DNA of 64,000 bases from assembly GCA_965261255.1 (NCBI GenBank), contig CBDHCQ010000004.1, positions 2,830,597 to 2,894,596 on the forward strand, written 5' to 3'. Positions 29,122 to 38,475 of this stretch are shown here, piece after piece. The position numbers were made by a program, and so were the translations under genes. How positions within the stretch are numbered: the stretch's first letter is position 1; every line of letters begins with the position of its first letter. This DNA is from Rhodothermales bacterium. Lineage in GTDB: Bacteria; Bacteroidota; Rhodothermia; Rhodothermales; Bin80. The notes under the pieces were generated by a model. That model worked only from the letters and a program-made list of their open reading frames with translations. It was not told the origin of the DNA and did not search any database.

Positions 29122-31935
29122 CTACCTCCAGTCAGTAGTATAAGTCATACGCACACTCGCAAGACGTCCAAGCTTGGGAGCTCCGACAAACTCACGGTGA
29201 TCGCTATTAGTCGCATTATTTATTCCAAGGTCAGCACGCAGCGCATGGTTGATCTGATAACCGACCCCCATATCAATCACGAAATAAGAATCCACGTCAC
29301 CATTGTACGGCCCGGAAATCATACGGAAACCCTTTACATATCGACCGGATGCATGCACACTGAATCCACTCCGATGCTGATACTGTCCTCCCAGCTTTAA
29401 CTTAAGAGGCGGCGCGTTCAGGGCCAGTACCTTGTCCTCGGACTCTTCATTCAGTTGCGTGTGATCAAAAAAGTCATCGCTCACCCACGACAAATTTCCA
29501 AACAATGTGAGTGCACGTGAGGCAATCACCTGAACAGAAGCGTCAACACCGTAATATCCAACATCTCCGAAATTGGGGTAAGCCAACATGATCTCAGGGA
29601 TCTGCCCTATCCCCGGGTTGTTCTCATTGGGTTGAACTATTGCTATTGGGGTGCTTGCACTTGGTAAATCACTGCCTGCCAGATCTACCAGGAGTTGCGC
29701 CGCCTGCTCTGTTGTCAAGTTGAAAAGCCCGAGTACAAGCGCCAGCGCATCGTTGTTTGCAAGCCCGGTGGAAATATCGCGAACAAGGTCCTGGGCCAAA
29801 GTCGGCACCAATACAAGTGGGGTACGCACTTGAAGCGCACCTATAAAATTCTTCTTATTTGCGTAATAAGCATCTATTGAGAACAGAACGTTCTCATTCA
29901 GAATGCCCTTGTATCCTACTTCAAACGTTTGAGAAATGGTCTGCTTAAGAGGGCCCACATCCTCTAGATCAGTTATTCCTACATCTATGCTGAGTGTGCT
30001 AAGATTGAGGGCCCCCAAAACTCCAGGACTGAAACCCTGCACAACGGTCCTGTCTGGACCGAGCCCCGCTTTGAGTGAAGCAATCAATTGCACAGGTACA
30101 TTCAGCCCGGCTGCCGCCAACATATCAGCAAGTTGTTGATCTGGAATTGCCGCAACGGCCGCATACATAAGCGCATAAACATCTCCCGTGCCTATGCCCA
30201 CGGGAACCGGAGCCCCCTCAAACCCAGGCAGCAGACTGGATGCAACAAGATCCGTTGGAGCTCCAATTGCCAGAAATTGAGGATTCCGTTGATAAGTGAA
30301 GCCCGTGGCAGCGCCACGACCGCGTACATTGATCCCTCCGAGCGAGGCCGCTACCAAATCCAACCAGTTACTTGTGGCAGTGGGAGAGGAGAAGCTGCGG
30401 TTATAGGTTGCCCGGAAACTTGAAGTTGGATTGGGCTTGACTACTAGCCCAACACGAGGGGACGCCTGGATTTTGTCCACAACATTATTGTAATCTCCGC
30501 GCAGCGCGAGTGTTAACTCAACCCGGTCGCCGATACTAGTGGTTGATTGGCCATACACACCGTATTCATCTATGTTATCATTGTCTTCATTGCGTCCCAG
30601 GACCGTGCCTTTTGTATCCGGGCGAGTGAGTTCCATATCAGCGCCCAAGATCAATGCCTGCCTAGAGCCAAACTGCAGATCGTACTGCGCTTGTCCTACG
30701 TACTCACGGGAATGCTCAATAACCGGATCGCCCCCATATACATAGCTGTCTCTCGAATCGTTTGCATTCACGAAAAACTGCGCAAAAAACGAACCACTAG
30801 ACAACCTCACCTGGCCGAATGAATAACGATAGTCTTTACCCTGGATGGTGCCTATACCACTCAGGACCGTTCCATTCATCGCGGCGGTTCCAGTGTTCAG
30901 AGAAAGTCTGGTTCTGGATCCTAAACGATAATCCACGGCCCCCGACACCGTGAATTTATTGTAATCTGTGTCCCGAATACCATCCACGAAAATCTGCACA
31001 GCATCTTCCGGGTCTGGGCACTGATCAAACGCACGGTTCTGCAAAAGGGCCGAGTCACAGGAGTCGAGAGCAAAGTCATTTCCTGCCGCATATGATCCAG
31101 TTACTTTGACACCTAGACGACTACCTATCACAGTTGCCGCACGCCCCTGTACATTCAGGCTTGAACGCTCGCCACCGCTGACGGCGATTGTGGCCCCGGG
31201 ATGAGCAAATGGATCCTTGGTTATATAATGAATCACGCCGGAATCAACCCCCGCACCATAAAGTGCAGATCCGGGACCACGTACAATCTCCACACGATCA
31301 AGGTCTACCATTAAGTTGGGCATTAGACTGTGAAGATTCACACCAACCGAAGCCGAACCCGCATCACGATAGTCGGTCAGAACATACGTGGCCCCTGAAA
31401 AGACATTATTGAAGCCTCTGAGCACCACTTCGTGTCGATCTATCCCGGTCTGCGCAATGTCCAACCCAACAACATTACGAAGTGTGGCAACGGTCGTGGG
31501 AGTGACCACACCTCTAAGATCCTGAGCCAAGATCACATCAGTAGATGACGGCGAATCCAACACTTTCTCCTGCCTCCGACTTGCAGTGACCTGCAGTTGG
31601 TCCAAATCAATACCAGATACCAACTCCACATTCAAAAGATATTCCTCCCCCTCGGAAATCTCTATCTCGGTTTCAACTGACCTGTATCCCGTATAGGACA
31701 CTCGAATTGTGTTGGTGCCCGCAGGCAGGCCACTGATTGTATATGCCCCAGATTCGTCGGTAGCCGTCCCCCGCATAGATTCAACATGAATCACATTCGC
31801 CCCGACTAACGGCATACCATCTTCTGAATCCGAGACCGTTCCAGAAACGGAGCCATCCTGAGAAAATGCCCAGCCAGGCAATGCTAAGGCAAACACCAGC
31901 ACAATAATGCTGGAAAAAAAACTTCGGATAGTCAT
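29122..31935 (-). CDS. TonB-dependent receptor with N-terminal CarboxypepD_reg-like domain
   Basis: Signal peptide, GSVSGTVSDSEDGMPLVGANV (carboxypeptidase-regulatory-like fold), plug motifs (RNVVGLDI, VEIVRGPGSALYG), and a long barrel ending in TYTTDWR. Start taken at M15 (31935). Confidence 0.85.
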   Translation of the reverse strand: MTIRSFFSSIIVLVFALALPGWAFSQDGSVSGTVSDSEDGMPLVGANVIHVESMRGTATDESGAYTISGLPAGTNTIRVSYTGYRSVETEIEISEGEEYLLNVELVSGIDLDQLQVTASRRQEKVLDSPSSTDVILAQDLRGVVTPTTVATLRNVVGLDIAQTGIDRHEVVLRGFNNVFSGATYVLTDYRDAGSASVGVNLHSLMPNLMVDLDRVEIVRGPGSALYGAGVDSGVIHYITKDPFAHPGATIAVSGGERSSLNVQGRAATVIGSRLGVKVTGSYAAGNDFALDSCDSALLQNRAFDQCPDPEDAVQIFVDGIRDTDYNKFTVSGAVDYRLGSRTRLSLNTGTAAMNGTVLSGIGTIQGKDYRYSFGQVRLSSGSFFAQFFVNANDSRDSYVYGGDPVIEHSREYVGQAQYDLQFGSRQALILGADMELTRPDTKGTVLGRNEDNDNIDEYGVYGQSTTSIGDRVELTLALRGDYNNVVDKIQASPRVGLVVKPNPTSSFRATYNRSFSSPTATSNWLDLVAASLGGINVRGRGAATGFTYQRNPQFLAIGAPTDLVASSLLPGFEGAPVPVGIGTGDVYALMYAAVAAIPDQQLADMLAAAGLNVPVQLIASLKAGLGPDRTVVQGFSPGVLGALNLSTLSIDVGITDLEDVGPLKQTISQTFEVGYKGILNENVLFSIDAYYANKKNFIGALQVRTPLVLVPTLAQDLVRDISTGLANNDALALVLGLFNLTTEQAAQLLVDLAGSDLPSASTPIAIVQPNENNPGIGQIPEIMLAYPNFGDVGYYGVDASVQVIASRALTLFGNLSWVSDDFFDHTQLNEESEDKVLALNAPPLKLKLGGQYQHRSGFSVHASGRYVKGFRMISGPYNGDVDSYFVIDMGVGYQINHALRADLGINNATNSDHREFVGAPKLGRLASVRMTYTTDWR

Positions 31936-32082
31936 GTCTTCGTAGTTAAGTGATTCGTCCTGAACGTTTCCCCGCAATTGTCAATTTACACAATCTCCGT
32001 GTTGGTGTTTACTGGCAAAAACAAATGAACACATACTAACGGCTGAGTGCAGCAGCAACAACACAGTGCGTTAAATCGCTGC

Positions 32083-34908
32083 TTAGTTGCTCCAATCAGT
32101 AGTGTAGGTGAGCCGGGCATTGGCAATTCGTCCAAGCCTGGGAGCACCTACAAATTCGCGATGGTCACTGTCAAACAGGTTGCTGATTCCCAGGTCTGCC
32201 CGGATCCCGGTTTGGCTAATGGCATAGCCCACTCCAACATCTATAATGGTGTAGCTCTGTACCTCACCTACGTATTGCCCCGAAATCATCGGAAAACCTT
32301 TGGTGAATCGTCCAGATGCATTAAGCGAGAACCCACCTCTATGCCGATACTGCCCGCCCAATTTAACTTTAAATCCTGGTGCATTAAGCGCCAATGCCAA
32401 ATCCTCAGATTCTTCACCAACTTCGGTGTGATCAAAGTAATCGTCACTAATCCAGGACGCATTCCCAAAAAGAGTCAAAGCATCAGAGGCAACCACCTGT
32501 GTTGAAACATCCATGCCAAAGTACTGAATGTTTCCGAAGTTGGGGTAACTGAGCATGAGTTCTGGGAAATGTCCCTCGCCTCTGTTATTCTCGTTGGCTT
32601 GTACAATAGCAACTGGTGTCTCGCCGTCGGGCAGATCGCTGCCGGCTATGCCGACCAGCATTTCCGCAGCCAGTTGGGGGGTCAGACCAAACAATCCGAG
32701 TGCGCCCGCTATCTGGTCGTTTGCCGCCAGTCCAGCCGCGATATCCCGGATCAGATCTTGTTGCAGATTGGGAACGAGTACGAATGGTGTCCGGACCTGG
32801 AGTGCACCGGTAAAATTCTTCCGCTTCGCAAAATAGCCATCCACCGCGAGCAGTACCTTGTCGCTGATAACTCCCTTGTACCCGATCTCCCAAGACTGGG
32901 AGATCGTAGGTTTGATTGGCGCAATATCCTGGAGATTATCCACTTCAGGCCCGGTCTTGAGTGTAAGCGTGCTTAAATTCAGGATACCCAAGACACCAGG
33001 ACTGAATCCCTGAATGGGAGTTACTGCCGGATTAAGTCCCTCCTTCAGGAGTGGGATCAGCTGGGCGGGAATACTGAGTCCTGCTTCGGTGAGCAGATCC
33101 GCAAGTTCCGAATCTGGAATGGCAGCCAGTCCTTCGTACATCAGGCCATATATCACTCCGGTGTCTATACCAACAGGAACAGGTGCACCCTCCGTGCCAG
33201 GGAGCATGCTGGACGCTACAAGTGCAGACGGGGCACCCAACCCCAAATAGTCGGGGTTTCTGGTGAAGGTGAATCCGTCAGCCCCACCACGCGCGCGTAT
33301 CTTGAGTGGCCCAAGTGAAGCCGCCACCAAATCCAGAAAAAATCCGGCTGCATCCGGGGATGAAAAACTGCGGTTATATGTCGCGCGTAAACTTGAAACC
33401 GGGGACGGCTTTACTACGACCGCAAATCGCGGATTCACTTGAATCTTGTCCACCACACTGTTATAATCTCCGCGAAGTGCCAGGATGAGATCCAGCTTAT
33501 CAGAGATTTTTGTGCTTGACTGCAAGTAAGCACCATATTCATCAATATTGTCAATGTATTCGTTGCGTCCCAACACGGTCTCCTTGGTGTCGGGGCGATC
33601 GAACGTGACATCAACTCCTCCGATTAACTGCTGGCGAGAGGTTATTTCCTTAGTGTACTGGGCCTGAATCGTGTATTCTTTCGAGTGCTCTACGACAGGA
33701 TCACCACCGTACACATACGAACTGCCCGAATCGTTTGAGTTTAGGTAGGCCTGTACAAAGAAGGAGCCACTGGAGAGCCGAATCTGCCCATAACTGTATG
33801 CAAAGTCCTTGCCCTGGACCGTGCCAACGCCGGTCAATAACGTTCCATCAAGACCACTGAGACCCCCGTTAAAAGATAAGATTGTCTTGGTGCCGATACG
33901 CCAATCCACGTTACCGGATAGCATCAGTTTCTTGTATCTGGTCTCGCGTGCGCCATCCACAAACAGCTGAATCGCGTCCTCTGGATCCGCACACTCGCTG
34001 AATCTCTCAGCCTCGATAAGTGCAGAGTCGCAGCTTCTGAGCGGAAAATCCTCAGCCGTCGCATAGCTCCCGAGCAATTTTACGCCGAGGTTTTTACCGA
34101 AGACAGTTGCGACACGCCCCTGAAGATTAAGCATAGATCTCTGCCCCCCGCTCACAGATACTGCTACACCTGGATAACTGAAGGCATCTTTAGAGATATA
34201 GTGGATCACACCTGAGTCTACACCGGGACCATAAAGTGCCGACCCTGGCCCGCGTACAACTTCTATCCGCTCGGTATCAATCGCCAGAGCTGGCATAACA
34301 CTATGCAGATTTACACCAATTGAAGGGGCACCCGCGTCCCGGTAATCGGTAAGCACATGTGTAGACCTCGAAAACGTATTATTAAAACCCCGCAAAGCAA
34401 CCTCATGACGATCTATTCCGGTTTGCACCATATCCACTCCCGTGATGTTACGCAATGCCCTGACTGTGGAGGGTGCGACTTCGAACTGAAGATCACGTAC
34501 GGTTACGATGTCGATCGATGCAGGCGCATCCAGCGCCATTTCCTGATGTCGCCCGGCGGTCACTTGGATGGGGTTCAAATCAGTACCTGGAACCATTTCA
34601 ACATTCCACACATACTGTTCACCCTCTAGCAGTTCTATCACGGACTCTCGAGCAGCATATCCTATAAAGCTGACCCGCACGAGGTGCGACCCGGGGGCAA
34701 GGTTTAGAATCTCAAAATCTCCTTCAACATCGGTCGCGCCCCCCAAACCCATTCCGACCACCAAAATGTTGGCACCAACCAGCGGCTGCCCGGTCTCAGC
34801 ATCAGTAACCCTCCCGATGATTGCGCCCGTCTGTGCAAAAACTGAAACTGCAAAACAACAAAACCCAAGACCGACAATCAGACCGCGGATGATCTTGTAA
34901 CCTGCCAT
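32083..34908 (-). CDS. TonB-dependent receptor with N-terminal CarboxypepD_reg-like domain (paralogue of 29122..31935)
   Basis: 941 aa. Colinear with its neighbour along the whole length (GAIIGRVTDAETGQPLVGANI, VEVVRGPGSALYG, ...LTYTTDWSN). Confidence 0.85.
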   Translation of the reverse strand: MAGYKIIRGLIVGLGFCCFAVSVFAQTGAIIGRVTDAETGQPLVGANILVVGMGLGGATDVEGDFEILNLAPGSHLVRVSFIGYAARESVIELLEGEQYVWNVEMVPGTDLNPIQVTAGRHQEMALDAPASIDIVTVRDLQFEVAPSTVRALRNITGVDMVQTGIDRHEVALRGFNNTFSRSTHVLTDYRDAGAPSIGVNLHSVMPALAIDTERIEVVRGPGSALYGPGVDSGVIHYISKDAFSYPGVAVSVSGGQRSMLNLQGRVATVFGKNLGVKLLGSYATAEDFPLRSCDSALIEAERFSECADPEDAIQLFVDGARETRYKKLMLSGNVDWRIGTKTILSFNGGLSGLDGTLLTGVGTVQGKDFAYSYGQIRLSSGSFFVQAYLNSNDSGSSYVYGGDPVVEHSKEYTIQAQYTKEITSRQQLIGGVDVTFDRPDTKETVLGRNEYIDNIDEYGAYLQSSTKISDKLDLILALRGDYNSVVDKIQVNPRFAVVVKPSPVSSLRATYNRSFSSPDAAGFFLDLVAASLGPLKIRARGGADGFTFTRNPDYLGLGAPSALVASSMLPGTEGAPVPVGIDTGVIYGLMYEGLAAIPDSELADLLTEAGLSIPAQLIPLLKEGLNPAVTPIQGFSPGVLGILNLSTLTLKTGPEVDNLQDIAPIKPTISQSWEIGYKGVISDKVLLAVDGYFAKRKNFTGALQVRTPFVLVPNLQQDLIRDIAAGLAANDQIAGALGLFGLTPQLAAEMLVGIAGSDLPDGETPVAIVQANENNRGEGHFPELMLSYPNFGNIQYFGMDVSTQVVASDALTLFGNASWISDDYFDHTEVGEESEDLALALNAPGFKVKLGGQYRHRGGFSLNASGRFTKGFPMISGQYVGEVQSYTIIDVGVGYAISQTGIRADLGISNLFDSDHREFVGAPRLGRIANARLTYTTDWSN

Positions 34909-34942
34909 GATAAAGTTGACTTAACCGGACTAGGCTAATGTA

Positions 34943-34950
34943 CAAAAATA
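34943..34950 (-). promoter_or_regulatory. candidate Bacteroidota-type -7 promoter box (TATTTTTG)
   Basis: The reverse complement of caaaaata matches TAnnTTTG. It ends about 35 nt upstream of the receptor ATG at 34908. Confidence 0.3.
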
Positions 34951-35047
34951 TGAAAACTATACCCTGGAAAACCGTTGCAGCATAACTATCTGCGCAGGAG
35001 TAAATGATTTGGTGTGCTTGCTGATTTCGCGGTTAGGTTCACCAAAA

Positions 35048-36355
35048 TCAAGGAGTGTGATCCCGAATCCCTGCACGTGCCAAGAGCAACTCCACATGCT
35101 TCGTATGGTGTGTCGCATCAAATAGTTTCTCCAATTCCTCCGGAGAGATATGCGCCATTATCGCATCTGATGACATCACTAATGACTGGAACCTCTGACC
35201 GTTTTGCCAACTCTGCATGGCTAAAGGCTGGACCAGATCGTAAGCTGCCTCACGTGTCAATCCGCAGTCAATCAACTGAAGCATCAGCCGTTGGCTGTTG
35301 TACAGACCATGCGTCGCATCTAAATTTATCCGCATACGTTCGGCATTCACAACCAGATTTCGTAAGATCCGCGTTATCCTTAGTAACGCGTAGTGCAGGA
35401 CCGTCGTTGCATCGGGCAGAATGACACGCTCGACACTGGAATGTGATATATCCCGCTCATGCCATAGTGCTACATTTTCCATGGCCGCGACCAAATAGCC
35501 ACGCAGTAACCGTGCGCAACCGGTGATATTCTCACTACCTATGGGATTGCGTTTATGCGGCATGGCACTGGAGCCCTTCTGTCCCTTGCCAAAGGCCTCC
35601 TCAACCTCACGGACTTCGCTGCGCTGCAAGTGGCGTATCTCTACGGCCATCTTCTCAAGGCTGGCTCCGATGAGTGCCAGCGTACTCACGTGATGGGCAT
35701 GGCGGTCCCGCTGGATGACCTGAGTAGCAATCGGCTCCGGCTCAAGCCCGAGAATCTCGCAGGTTATCCGCTCGACTTCCGGAGGAGTATGTGCAAAAGT
35801 CCCGACCGCACCAGATAACTTTCCAGTTCGCATATCCTCAGCTGAAGCCTTAAATCGCTCTAAGTTGCGCCTCATTTCCGCATAATAGAGCGCGAGTTTC
35901 AGTCCAAATGTGGTAGGTTCCGCATGCACGCCATGCGTCCTACCCATCATAATCGTATTCCGGTGTTCTAACGCCCGATCATGCAAGACCTCCAGTAAGG
36001 CCCTGATAGCTCCCTCTATAAGTTTGTTGGCTTCCAGAAGACGTACCGACCAGGCCGTGTCCACTACATCCGACGAGGTCAGACCATAATGTACCCACTT
36101 CTTTTCCGGCCCAAGCCCTTCGCTGACTGCACGTGTGAAAGCGACTACGTCATGTCGAGTAGATTGCTCAATTTCGTGAATACGATGCAAGTCAAAGGAC
36201 GCATTTTGTCGGAGTTTCTTGACATCCTCTTCGGGGATGACCCCTACCCTAGACCAGGCTTCGCAGGCTGCCAATTCCACTTCGAGCCATACCTCAAACT
36301 GGCGCTGTTCACTCCAGAGCGCGCGCATGGCTGGATGAGTGTACCGGTTAATCAT
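35048..36355 (-). CDS. purB: adenylosuccinate lyase
   Basis: Shows MINRYTHPAMRALWSE and the fumarate-lyase signature GSSAMPHKRNP. Start taken at M18 (36355). Confidence 0.9.
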   Translation of the reverse strand: MINRYTHPAMRALWSEQRQFEVWLEVELAACEAWSRVGVIPEEDVKKLRQNASFDLHRIHEIEQSTRHDVVAFTRAVSEGLGPEKKWVHYGLTSSDVVDTAWSVRLLEANKLIEGAIRALLEVLHDRALEHRNTIMMGRTHGVHAEPTTFGLKLALYYAEMRRNLERFKASAEDMRTGKLSGAVGTFAHTPPEVERITCEILGLEPEPIATQVIQRDRHAHHVSTLALIGASLEKMAVEIRHLQRSEVREVEEAFGKGQKGSSAMPHKRNPIGSENITGCARLLRGYLVAAMENVALWHERDISHSSVERVILPDATTVLHYALLRITRILRNLVVNAERMRINLDATHGLYNSQRLMLQLIDCGLTREAAYDLVQPLAMQSWQNGQRFQSLVMSSDAIMAHISPEELEKLFDATHHTKHVELLLARAGIRDHTP

Positions 36356-36410
36356 GCTGATTTCATAAATGTGAAAACAAAAGGAGCGGCTTGCAACCCC
36401 AAACAAATAT

Positions 36411-37022
36411 CTACAGTGAATCGCGTTTATCTCGGAGGCATTTATACAACAGCTTTCGAGCCCGAAAAATGTGTGCCTTTACTGTGCCAAGCGGGAGATC
36501 CAATTCTTCTGCGATTTCTATATAGGATTTTTCCTCCTGGTGCCGCATTACGATCACACGGTTGTACTTAGGCGGGAGCGAATCAATGGCGTCCTGGATA
36601 ATATTGGCGCGCTGCCTGTCTTCGATCTTGCGATCTGGACGGAAGGTGGTATCTGAAACTTCCTGACGAACCTCACCGTCCTTGGTTGATGTTGGCTTAT
36701 CCAGTGAAGTCGTAACCAATCTTCGCTTGCGCTTGTAATCAATCGCATGGTTTGATGCAATCTTGTACAGCCACGTCGAAAATGCATAATTGGCTGAATA
36801 AGTGTGGAGTGCCCTGAATGCCTTGATGAAAGCCTCGTGTACGAGATCCTCCATCCCCTCAACATTGCCGATGGTGCGCCTTATATGCAGATGCAGCCCC
36901 TTTTGATATTTTTGCACAAGATCCAAATACGCGCGCTGATCCCCTTCAAGCGCGCGAGTGACCAGTGTGTGATCCTGCTGACTGGATACTGACCTTCGGG
37001 ACACCTTCTGATCTTCAGGCAT
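36411..37022 (-). CDS. RNA polymerase sigma-70 family (ECF-type) sigma factor
   Basis: 203 aa. Region 2 (DLVHEAFIKAF..., FSTWLYKIASNHAIDYKRK) and region 4 (YIEIAEELDLPLGTVKAHIFRARKLL). Confidence 0.85.
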   Translation of the reverse strand: MPEDQKVSRRSVSSQQDHTLVTRALEGDQRAYLDLVQKYQKGLHLHIRRTIGNVEGMEDLVHEAFIKAFRALHTYSANYAFSTWLYKIASNHAIDYKRKRRLVTTSLDKPTSTKDGEVRQEVSDTTFRPDRKIEDRQRANIIQDAIDSLPPKYNRVIVMRHQEEKSYIEIAEELDLPLGTVKAHIFRARKLLYKCLRDKRDSL

Positions 37023-37061
37023 ACAGTCTACCGTTCATCCACTCACATGCAAGTCAGTTTT

Positions 37062-37529
37062 TTATTTTTCTGGTGAAACAGGTAGTTGCCGAGACTCTTT
37101 GTATGTGCTGAGAACAATGCTGGTCGTCGTGCCCGTCACACCCGGCCAGGCTTGAATGCCCGCAAGCAAACGCTCCAATTCCGTTGTGTTTTGTGTCCTG
37201 ACCTTTAGAATATGCGAACCCTCTCCCGTGATTGAATGGGCTTCCAGTATCTCGTCACAACCACATATATGTCCTATCAGAGACTGATAGCTCTCCGAAG
37301 TATCCACAGACACACGAATAAAGGCTGTAATATCAAACCCCAGGGACTTGGCGTCCACGGTTGCATGATAGCCGGTTAGGAACCCATTTTCCCGCAGTTT
37401 ACGCATACGGTCACTAACGCTGGCCGCACTTAGCCCCACGCGCGCTGCGATATCAATGCGCTTCATCCTTCCTGCAGACTGCAGAAGGTTTAGTATCCGG
37501 GCATCAATTTCGTCTAGTTTCCTGCTCAC
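37062..37529 (-). CDS. Lrp/AsnC family transcriptional regulator
   Basis: 155 aa. LDEIDARILNLLQSAGRMKRIDIAARVGLSAASVSDRMRKLRENG is the HTH region, followed by a C-terminal RAM/AsnC_trans_reg-like half. Confidence 0.85.
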   Translation of the reverse strand: MSRKLDEIDARILNLLQSAGRMKRIDIAARVGLSAASVSDRMRKLRENGFLTGYHATVDAKSLGFDITAFIRVSVDTSESYQSLIGHICGCDEILEAHSITGEGSHILKVRTQNTTELERLLAGIQAWPGVTGTTTSIVLSTYKESRQLPVSPEK

Positions 37530-37532
37530 CGA

Positions 37533-38342
37533 TCAATTGTGCACCATGGCAATTATTCTTAGCGGACCACCACTTCCTCCAAAAATCTTCATAGGTAAAG
37601 CCACGATCGTAAAACCGTTGGCTGGTAGCGCTTCCAAGTTTGCTACGTTTTCAAACACCGGAATATTATCTGCAAAAAGTTCTTGATGGCTAACATAGTC
37701 GTTGGACTGACCATAGTCAATACTGGCAGTATCAATCCCAACCGCACTAATGCTACGCGCATCGCGCAACCATTCTGCAGCCTCCGGTGCAAGCCCGGGG
37801 AAATGTAACTGACTTACCCCTTCTGCTCCCCGTAAATCAGTACCCAAGTACTGATTTCGATCCGGCCAATACCGACCAAACCCCGTCCGTAACAATACGA
37901 TGGCACCCTCAGGTATTTGTCCGTTTACTGCCTCCCATTCCTCAAAATCAGACACGCTTATCTGGTAATCCCGATCATCGGTCACTTTTTCACTTACATC
38001 CACAACAATACCGTGTCCAATAAGCCGGTCCAGCGGAATTTCATGGTTCGCCCACTTGCCTTCGGCGAAGTGAATGGGAGCGTCTAAATGCGTGCCGCCA
38101 TGTTCAGCGGACTCGAACGAGTTTGACTCATAATAGTATCCCGCTTCCTGCCATCCCTTGGCGTCCTCGTGTAGTTGGAATCCTTCCGCGGTAGGCCAAT
38201 AGATGGTTGTTGTATCAAAGCTGTGTGTCAGGTCAACCAGCGTATCCTGGCTGCCCGGTGGCACGTTATCCTGACAGGACACTACCAGGAACATGCTCAT
38301 GAATCCAAATATTGCAACGGTTCTCATATTTTTATGGAACAA
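37533..38342 (-). CDS. cyclase family protein (arylformamidase/kynurenine formamidase-like), exported
   Basis: 269 aa. Lipoprotein-like signal (FLVVSC) and the HGGTHLDAPIHF metal-binding motif of the cyclase family. Confidence 0.75.
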   Translation of the reverse strand: MFHKNMRTVAIFGFMSMFLVVSCQDNVPPGSQDTLVDLTHSFDTTTIYWPTAEGFQLHEDAKGWQEAGYYYESNSFESAEHGGTHLDAPIHFAEGKWANHEIPLDRLIGHGIVVDVSEKVTDDRDYQISVSDFEEWEAVNGQIPEGAIVLLRTGFGRYWPDRNQYLGTDLRGAEGVSQLHFPGLAPEAAEWLRDARSISAVGIDTASIDYGQSNDYVSHQELFADNIPVFENVANLEALPANGFTIVALPMKIFGGSGGPLRIIAMVHN

Positions 38343-38397
38343 GCGTCAACAACTACAATAACTTAGCAACTAGATTCAGCTTGTTTTGCTCCATTCC

Positions 38398-38471
38398 GGG
38401 CCCATAGCTCAGTCGGTTAGAGCAGCGGACTCATAATCCGTCGGTCGGGGGTTCAAGTCCCTCTGGGCCCA
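38398..38471 (+). tRNA. tRNA with CAT anticodon (elongator Met or lysidine-type Ile2), CCA not encoded
   Basis: GGGCCCA-TA-GCTCAGTCGGTTAGAGC-A-GCGGA-CTCATAA-TCCGT-CGGTC-GGGGG-TTCAAGT-CCCTC-TGGGCCC-A. The G1:C72 pair argues against an initiator tRNA. The overall sequence is closer to my memory of E. coli ileX than of metT. Confidence 0.85.
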
Positions 38472-38475
38472 CAAT

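Noticed and set aside
34909-35047. Cobalamin or other riboswitch upstream of the TonB-dependent receptors (also 31936..32082)
   Set aside because: The leaders are short and AT-rich with no B12-box-like GCCACTG/AGYCMGG element. I can see only a TAnnTTTG-like promoter box.
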